Assembly: GCA_037443365.1 (NCBI GenBank)
Contig: JBBIOM010000011.1
Span: 1 to 52,462 of the forward strand
Length of the DNA: 52,462 nt
Direction: 5' to 3'
Source: Armatimonadota bacterium
GTDB taxonomy: Bacteria > Sysuimicrobiota > Sysuimicrobiia > Sysuimicrobiales > Humicultoraceae
In this document: piece after piece, positions 46,467 to 52,462 of the stretch
Layout: each line of letters begins with the position of its first letter
Numbering within the stretch: the first letter of the stretch is position 1
Program-made: the position numbers and the translations under genes
The notes under the pieces: generated by a model
Seen by the model: the letters and a program-made list of their open reading frames with translations, nothing else
What the model was told of the DNA's origin: nothing
The model's database searches: none

Positions 46467-47072
46467 GTGAGCTCCATGCCCGCAGAGCCGCTCAGGACCC
46501 GCCTTCTGCTGCTGGGGCACGGCGCTGTGGACTGGGCCAGGGCCGTCGAGGGTGAGCCACCGCTGGCTGAAGAGGGGGTGCGCGACGTGGAGATCACCGC
46601 GGCCACCCTGGCGCACTTCGACGCTGTCGCGGCCAGCCCAGGGCGTCCGGCGCGCGAGACGGCCGAGATCATAGGCCAGGTCCGGGGCCTTCCGATAGCA
46701 TGGCGAGAAGGGTTGAACGAGATCGCGACCGCCGCCCCGCTGACCGACGGGCAGGCCTGGGCGGACTGGGTGGACCGGCTCTTCGAGGACTACAGGGTCT
46801 CGGCCGACGGCGAGTCCCTGGCCGACGGCACCGCCCGCATCATGGCCGAGCTGCGCGCGCTGGCCGACCAGCGCTGCGGCCGTACCACCCTCGTGGTCAG
46901 CCATCCCATCGTCCTGCTGGCAGCCAGGGCCCACGTGGCTCAGACCGCGGTGCTTCCCGAGCAGGTCCACAGCCTTCCCGAGCTGGGTCTGGCCGTGGTT
47001 GATTGCCTGGAAGGCCGGTTCTACCTGGTCCAGGACTTCCCGGTGCGGAGGCCGGAAGCCCATGGGGCGTGA
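46467..47072 (+). CDS. Histidine phosphatase superfamily protein, degenerate
   Basis: LLLLGHG (vs RHG), ASPGRPARETA, LNEI, GESL and LVVSH. Confidence 0.75.
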   Translation: MSSMPAEPLRTRLLLLGHGAVDWARAVEGEPPLAEEGVRDVEITAATLAHFDAVAASPGRPARETAEIIGQVRGLPIAWREGLNEIATAAPLTDGQAWADWVDRLFEDYRVSADGESLADGTARIMAELRALADQRCGRTTLVVSHPIVLLAARAHVAQTAVLPEQVHSLPELGLAVVDCLEGRFYLVQDFPVRRPEAHGA

Positions 47073-48042
47073 CATCCGCCCCGGATTCGCGGACGTGCTG
47101 GCCGCCCGGCGCGTGATCGCGGCCTTCCTGCGCCCCACTCCGGTGGTCAGGTCGCACGCGCTGGACCGGCTGCTTGGATGCTCTGCCTTTGTGAAGTGCG
47201 AGAACGCCAACCCCACGCGTGCCTTCAAGATCCGCGGCGGCATCAATCTTGTCTCGCGGCTGACCCCCGACGAGCGCAGGCGCGGCGTCATCGCCGCCTC
47301 CACAGGAAACCACGGGCAGTCGGTGGCCCTGGCGTCGCAGATGTTTGGGGTGCGCGCGATCATCGGTGTGCCCGAGCGGGCGAACCCTGACAAGATCGCT
47401 GCCATGCGCGAGTTCGGCGCCGAGATCGTCGAGGTGGGACGCGACTTCGACGAGGCCCGCGAGTGGGTGGAGCGCACCGCGGCGGCCGAGGGGTACCGGT
47501 ACGTGCACTCGGGCAACGAGCCGCTGCTCATCGCCGGGGTCGGGACGGCGAGCCTCGAGCTGATCGAGGAGGTCCCTGACCTCGACTGCATCATCGTGCC
47601 GGTCGGCGGCGGCTCCGGGGCCAGCGGGTGCTCGATCGCGGCCAAGGCGGTCAACCCGCGGATCGAACTGGTGGGCGTGCAGGCCGAGGGCGCCCCGTCC
47701 GTGGCGCGCTCCTGGCGGGAGCGGCGCATCGTCACGACGGATGAGATGACCACCAGGGCCGAGGGGCTGGCCACCCGCTCCCCGTTCACGCTTCCCCTGG
47801 CCATGCTCTGGGACGGGCTGGACGAGATGGTCCTCGTGAGCGACGAGGAAATGGAGGACGGAATCCGAATCCTCCTCGATACAACCCGGCAGGTCGCAGA
47901 GCATGCTGGCGCGGCCCCGGTGGCAGCGGCGAGGCGCGTGCGGGATCGCATGGCCGGTCGTAAGGTCGGGCTGATCCTCAGCGGCGGGAACATCACGCTG
48001 GAGGCGCTGCGCGGCTGCATCCAGGCAGGACCGGGTGGCTAG
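47062..48042 (+). CDS. Threonine/serine dehydratase family (PALP)
   Basis: KCEN..AFKIRGG, ASTGNHG, PVGGGSG and LSGGN; no ACT domain. Confidence 0.92.
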   Translation: MGRDIRPGFADVLAARRVIAAFLRPTPVVRSHALDRLLGCSAFVKCENANPTRAFKIRGGINLVSRLTPDERRRGVIAASTGNHGQSVALASQMFGVRAIIGVPERANPDKIAAMREFGAEIVEVGRDFDEAREWVERTAAAEGYRYVHSGNEPLLIAGVGTASLELIEEVPDLDCIIVPVGGGSGASGCSIAAKAVNPRIELVGVQAEGAPSVARSWRERRIVTTDEMTTRAEGLATRSPFTLPLAMLWDGLDEMVLVSDEEMEDGIRILLDTTRQVAEHAGAAPVAAARRVRDRMAGRKVGLILSGGNITLEALRGCIQAGPGG

Positions 48043-48102
48043 ATGCCGGGCCAGGCACCCGAGGCCGGGCCAGAACAACGAAGGCGAAGGGAGAGGTGAG
48101 GG

Positions 48103-49131
48103 GTGACGAAGCGCGAGCGGGTCTATGCCGCTGTTGACGGCAATCCGGTCGACCGTCCGCCGGTAGCGCTGTGGCGGCACTTCCCGCAGGAGGACCAGCG
48201 GGCCGAGACGCTGGCCCAGGCCCACGTGGCCTTCTACAACAAGTTCGATTGGGACCTGCTCAAGGTCACGCCGGCCAGCGCCTTCTACGGCGACGACTGG
48301 GGACTGCGCTCTACCTACAGGCCCAACCGCGAGGGTGTGCGGCACTACACCGAGCGGCCGATCAAGCGGGAGAGCGACTGGCCCAAGCTCAAGCACCTGG
48401 ACGTAACCACCGGGGCGCACGGGCGCGAGCTCAAGGCGCTGCGGTCCCTGCGGAAGGCGCTGCCGGACGCGGTTATCCTGGCCTCGGTCTTCAGCCCGCT
48501 CTCGATCGCACGTGCCCTGGCCGGCGAGACAGCGCTGCTGCGCTACCTGCGGGACTCGGTGGACGAGATGCACGAGGGTCTCGATATCATCACCGAGGCC
48601 ACCGGGCAGTTCGCGGCCGAGTGCGTCGGCGCAGGAGCCGACGGCCTGTTCTTCGCCACGCAGTGCGCATCCACCGGATACATGACCATCGAGGAGTACG
48701 AGGAGTTCGGACGGCCCTACGACCTGCGCGTGCTCGACGCGGCGCGCAAGGCCGAGATCGTCATGCTGCACATCCACGGCGAGCGCATCATGTTCGAGCA
48801 GCTCACCGACTACCCGGTCCAGATCGTCCACTGGCACGACCGGCGCACCGACCCCAGTCTCAAGGAAGCCCGGGAGCAGTTCTCGGGCACGATCTCAGGC
48901 GGCTTGGACTCAATGGACACGATAGGAAAGGGTACGCCCGAGCAGGTGGCCGCCGAGGTCCGGGACGCCATCGCCCAGGTCGCGGGCAAGCGTCTCATCG
49001 TCTCAGCGGGATGCGTGATCCCGATAGATGCGCCCGAGGAGAACGTCCGGGCGGTCAGGCAGGCGGTTGAGCAGGCGGTTGAGCAGGAAGCCCCGCCAGT
49101 CCCCCGGGAATCTCCCGGCGACGGCACGTGA
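48103..49131 (+). CDS. Uroporphyrinogen decarboxylase-fold (URO-D/MtaA-like) protein
   Basis: ERV..AV.G..VDRPPV, FSPLS, GADGLF, FGRPYD, LHIHG and SAGC; lacks the HemE RQAGR motif. Confidence 0.85.
   Translation: MTKRERVYAAVDGNPVDRPPVALWRHFPQEDQRAETLAQAHVAFYNKFDWDLLKVTPASAFYGDDWGLRSTYRPNREGVRHYTERPIKRESDWPKLKHLDVTTGAHGRELKALRSLRKALPDAVILASVFSPLSIARALAGETALLRYLRDSVDEMHEGLDIITEATGQFAAECVGAGADGLFFATQCASTGYMTIEEYEEFGRPYDLRVLDAARKAEIVMLHIHGERIMFEQLTDYPVQIVHWHDRRTDPSLKEAREQFSGTISGGLDSMDTIGKGTPEQVAAEVRDAIAQVAGKRLIVSAGCVIPIDAPEENVRAVRQAVEQAVEQEAPPVPRESPGDGT
49059..49087 (+). repeat. 12-bp in-frame tandem repeat (QAVE x2)
   Basis: GCAGGCGGTTGA-GCAGGCGGTTGA-GCAGG. Confidence 0.8.
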
Positions 49132-49165
49132 ACGGTACGCACCCGTGTGCGAGGGGGGATCTCTC

Positions 49166-50143
49166 TTGAGGAGACGTACGCTCACCAGTGTCGTTGCGGT
49201 ACTGGCCACGATCGTCCTGTTGGGCACGCTGTGGCCGGCCTGGGCCGGCCCGGCGGTCCGCATCTCTATCGCCACCGGCGGTGTTGGTGGCGTCTACTTC
49301 CCGATGGGCGGCGGATTGGCGTCGCTGATCTCGAAGCACATAGCCGGCGTCACGGCCACCGCCGAGGTCACGCCGGCCTCGGTTGACAACATGCGCCTCC
49401 TCCAGGCCAAGCGCGCTGACGTGGCGTTCACGCTGGCCGACACCGCGCATGACGCCTTCAAGGGCGAGGAGGCATTCCGCGGCTCCCCGGTCCCGATCCG
49501 CACGCTGTCGCCGCTGTACGACAACTTCAACCACCTGGTCACCGTGGAGGGCACCGGCATCGCCGCGATCGGCGACCTGCGCGGCAAGAGGGTGTCGGTC
49601 GGCGCTCCGGGCAGTGGCACCGAGGTCACGGCCCTGCGCATCCTCGAGGCGGCGGGCATCCACCCGGACCGCGACATCCGCCGCGAGCGGCTGGGCGCTG
49701 CGCCGTCGGTGGACGCGCTCAAGGACAGGAAGATTGATGCCTTCTTCTGGAGCGGGGGCCTGCCCACCGCGGCCGTGCTCGATCTTGCCGTCTCCCCGGG
49801 AGTACGCATAAGGCTCGTCGCTCTCGACGGGCTGGTGCCTGCCCTGCAGCGCAAGTACGGCAACCTCTACTTCCGCTCGGTAATCCTGAAGGAGTTCTAC
49901 CCCGGCATGCCCGCCAACGCGCCGACGATCGGTGTGGCCAACCTGCTGGTGGTCCATCAGGACTTCGACGCCGAACTGGCCTACCAGATAACGAAGCTGC
50001 TCTTCGAGCGCCGCGCCGATCTGGCCCAGATCCACAAGGAGGCGGCCAACATCACGACCATAGGCGCGGCCGGGCGCTCTCCGCTGCCGTTCCATCCCGG
50101 CGCGATTCGGTACTTCAGGGAGCGCGGCGTCGAGGGGTTCTGA
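49166..50143 (+). CDS. TAXI-family TRAP solute-binding protein
   Basis: Signal peptide, ATGGVGGVYFPMG, SVDN, GAPGSGT and PFHPGAIRYF. Confidence 0.93.
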   Translation: MRRRTLTSVVAVLATIVLLGTLWPAWAGPAVRISIATGGVGGVYFPMGGGLASLISKHIAGVTATAEVTPASVDNMRLLQAKRADVAFTLADTAHDAFKGEEAFRGSPVPIRTLSPLYDNFNHLVTVEGTGIAAIGDLRGKRVSVGAPGSGTEVTALRILEAAGIHPDRDIRRERLGAAPSVDALKDRKIDAFFWSGGLPTAAVLDLAVSPGVRIRLVALDGLVPALQRKYGNLYFRSVILKEFYPGMPANAPTIGVANLLVVHQDFDAELAYQITKLLFERRADLAQIHKEAANITTIGAAGRSPLPFHPGAIRYFRERGVEGF

Positions 50144-50213
50144 GTCGAAAGGCCCTGGATCTACGAGCCCCAGTCGGGCTCTCCTGAGGGCGGCCGCGGC
50201 CGTCACCCTGGCG

Positions 50214-50678
50214 GTGACGGTGGCTGTCGCGGCCGCCGTCTTGCTTGTGCCGGTTCACTCCCTGGAGATCACCGAGGCCGGCACCAACCGCCTCCTCTGG
50301 CGCGTTCCGGCGAAAGACGGGGAAACGGTGGACCTCGAGTACACCCACTCCATCACCGGAGCGCCGGTGACCGAGCGGTTCCGCGTCACAGGCGGCGGCC
50401 TGCGCCTCGTGGAGATTGCCAGTACGGGTGAGGCCGCCCTCCAGTACCTGGCGCAGGACCCCCCGTACGAGTCCCGGGGCGCGCGCCTGGTGTCCGCAAG
50501 AGACGGACCCACCGTCGGCGAACTTACGATCCGCATCGGGCAGACCGGCCGGCAGACCCTGGCGGTCGGCGGCAGGACGATCCCGCTGTACAGGGCAGGT
50601 GAAGGCGAGGCGGTACGCCTGGCCGTCACAAGAAGACCGCTGGCGCTCGTCCTGACGAAACGACCTCGTCCCCCATAG
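50214..50678 (+). CDS. DUF1850 family protein
   Basis: LEYTHSITGAPVTERF motif; position between TAXI binding protein and fused permease. Start is uncertain. Confidence 0.8.
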   Translation: MTVAVAAAVLLVPVHSLEITEAGTNRLLWRVPAKDGETVDLEYTHSITGAPVTERFRVTGGGLRLVEIASTGEAALQYLAQDPPYESRGARLVSARDGPTVGELTIRIGQTGRQTLAVGGRTIPLYRAGEGEAVRLAVTRRPLALVLTKRPRPP

Positions 50679-50687
50679 GAGCAGGCC

Positions 50688-52462
50688 ATGGAGCGGCCCC
50701 AAGAGGCGGCAACGAGCAGGCCCGAAGACGAACTCAAGGAGATCGTCGAGGAGTACGAGGGGAAGACGCGACGGCTGGCGGGCCGGTGGGGGATGTTCGT
50801 GGCAGTCCTCGCCGTTGCGATGTCCCTCTACCACCTGCACGCCGCCACGGCCACCTTCATCAGGCACGTCCACCTGACCCGGCACCTGCTCTTCGTGCTC
50901 GTTCTCGCCTTCCTGCTGTACCCGGGGACGCGCCGGTCGCTGCGGCGCGCCTCTCCCACGGTGTGGGACGTGATCCTTGCCGCGCTGGCCGTGGCGGCAT
51001 TGGGATACGTCCTGGTGGACTTCGAGGCCTTCGTGTACCGCTCGTACATCCCCACACCGAGCGATCTGGCCTTCGGCATCATGACGATACTGCTGATACT
51101 GGAGGCCACCCGCCGCACCGTCGGCGTCGCGCTCATGCTCCTGGTCGTCGCCTTCCTGGCCTACGCGTTCGCCGGGCCGCTCTTGCCCGAGCCCTGGACG
51201 CACCGCGGGTACGATCTGGTGCGCCTGGTGGGGCAGCTCTACATCACGCTCGAGGGGATCTTCGGCGTGCCTCTCGAGGTCTCGGCCACGTTCATAGTCC
51301 TGTTCACGATCTACGGCGCCGTGCTGGAGACCTCGGGAGCCGGGAGGTTCTTCGTGGACCTGGCGCTGGCGCTGACCAAGGGCCGGCGTACGGCTCCGGG
51401 CCAGGCCACGACCATTGCCTCGTTCCTGCTGGGCGGTCCCTCGGGCAGCGGCGTCGCCACCACGGTGACCGTGGGCGCCATCACCTACCCGATGCTCAAG
51501 CGCGCGGGCTACGATCGTGAGTCGGCCGGAGGGCTGCTGGCGGCCGGAGGGATCGGCGCGGTCATCTCGCCCCCGATCCTGGGTGCGGCGGCGTTTATCA
51601 TCGCCGAGATGCTGAAGATCTCCTACCTGACCGTCGTGATAATGGCCACCATCCCAACGGTGCTGTACTACTACTCGATAATGCTGATGATCGAGCTCGA
51701 CGCCCGCCAGATGTCGCTCGCCAGGGTGGAGATCGCGGCCGGGGACGCGTGGCAGCTCGTGGCGCGCTACTGGTATCTGCTCACCTCGCTCGTCCTGGTC
51801 CCGGTGCTCATGATCATGGGGTTCACGGCGATCAGGGCGGTCTTCTGGGCGATCGTCGTGGCAGCGGCCAGCAGCCTGCTGCGGCGGGAGACCGCGCTGG
51901 TGACCGCGCGCCGAGCCTCCCACGCCGATGGGAGACTCCGAGCGGCGGATGGAGGCCTGCGCCTGGGCCCGATCGTGCTGAATCCGGCGGGCCTGGTCAC
52001 CGCGCTCGACAACGGCAGCCGGCAGGTGCTCAACGTGGCGGTCACGTGCGCTGCCGCCGGGATCGTGGTCGGGGTGGTCAACCTGACAGGACTGGGGCTG
52101 AAGATCTCGGACGTCATCATCACCTACGCGGGCGGACAACTGCTGCCCACCCTCATCTTCGCCGCCATCGCGCTGTGGGTGCTGGGGCTGGCGCTGCCGA
52201 TCACGGCCACCTACATAATCGCCGCGGTAATCGTGGCGCCGGCGATCACGAAGCTTGGCGTCTCTGAACTGGCCAGTCACATGTTCATCTTCTACTACGC
52301 GATCCTCTCGGAGGTCTCGCCCCCGGTCGGACTGGCACCGCTGGCCGCGGCCGCGCTCACCGGCGGCAGGCCCTTCCGCACCATGATCATGGCCTGGAAG
52401 TACACGCTGCCGGCGTTCGTGGTGCCGTTCATGTTCACCCTGCACAAGGACGGCATGGGCCT
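50688..52462 (+). CDS. TRAP transporter fused 4TM/12TM permease (partial, runs off window)
   Basis: ATG 50688 after AGGAG; LEATRRTVG, EGIFGVPL, SGSGVATTV, PPILGAAAF and SEVSPPVG. It is absent from the ORF track because there is no stop in the window. Confidence 0.92.
   Translation, partial: MERPQEAATSRPEDELKEIVEEYEGKTRRLAGRWGMFVAVLAVAMSLYHLHAATATFIRHVHLTRHLLFVLVLAFLLYPGTRRSLRRASPTVWDVILAALAVAALGYVLVDFEAFVYRSYIPTPSDLAFGIMTILLILEATRRTVGVALMLLVVAFLAYAFAGPLLPEPWTHRGYDLVRLVGQLYITLEGIFGVPLEVSATFIVLFTIYGAVLETSGAGRFFVDLALALTKGRRTAPGQATTIASFLLGGPSGSGVATTVTVGAITYPMLKRAGYDRESAGGLLAAGGIGAVISPPILGAAAFIIAEMLKISYLTVVIMATIPTVLYYYSIMLMIELDARQMSLARVEIAAGDAWQLVARYWYLLTSLVLVPVLMIMGFTAIRAVFWAIVVAAASSLLRRETALVTARRASHADGRLRAADGGLRLGPIVLNPAGLVTALDNGSRQVLNVAVTCAAAGIVVGVVNLTGLGLKISDVIITYAGGQLLPTLIFAAIALWVLGLALPITATYIIAAVIVAPAITKLGVSELASHMFIFYYAILSEVSPPVGLAPLAAAALTGGRPFRTMIMAWKYTLPAFVVPFMFTLHKDGMG

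Noticed and set aside
46897-48837. 646-aa minus-strand ORF
   Set aside because: It is antisense to the dehydratase and URO-D-like genes.
48103-49131. Calling this gene hemE
   Set aside because: It lacks the RQAGR motif and any heme-pathway context.
50115-52445. 776-aa minus-strand ORF
   Set aside because: It is a shadow of DUF1850 and the TRAP permease, which is the real plus-strand gene.

Overview
This is a gene-dense, high-GC bacterial chromosomal segment with about 50 CDS and one tRNA-Asn(GTT). I found no integrase, transposase, prophage or CRISPR array. From left to right it holds: a Ski2/HelY-like SF2 helicase; a four-gene type IV minor-pilin cluster (FimT/PilV/PilW/PilX-like); an AI-2E transporter; tRNA-Asn; a cupin and an ornithine cyclodeaminase-family enzyme; TauE; a tightly packed run of ABC ATPase, amidohydrolase, SbcD-like, YhaN/SbcC-like, galT and galK; a Met-rich SHOCT/cupredoxin/two-component module; an AmmeMemoRadiSam radical SAM enzyme; an esterase; a GH1 glycosidase; nrfAH nitrite reductase; ndk; ggt; nth; a peptidase run; a menaquinone operon (tetR-menF-menD-menH-menB-menA-menE); and a GNAT, phosphatase-like, threonine dehydratase, URO-D-like and TAXI-TRAP run. 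Four candidates for undescribed biology stand out. (1) An SbcD/Mre11-fold protein has lost most of its metal ligands yet stays translationally coupled to an intact, membrane-anchored SMC-like ATPase. (2) The menaquinone operon is headed by a TetR gene with a perfect 30-bp palindrome directly behind its sigma70 promoter. (3) A PilX-like pilin is fused to a large Cys-containing beta-rich domain, with no pilY1. (4) A URO-D-fold enzyme is linked to a TAXI-TRAP transporter. All calls come from motif recognition by eye; no searches were run. Start codons were adjusted from the ORF track where RBS or homology argued for it.
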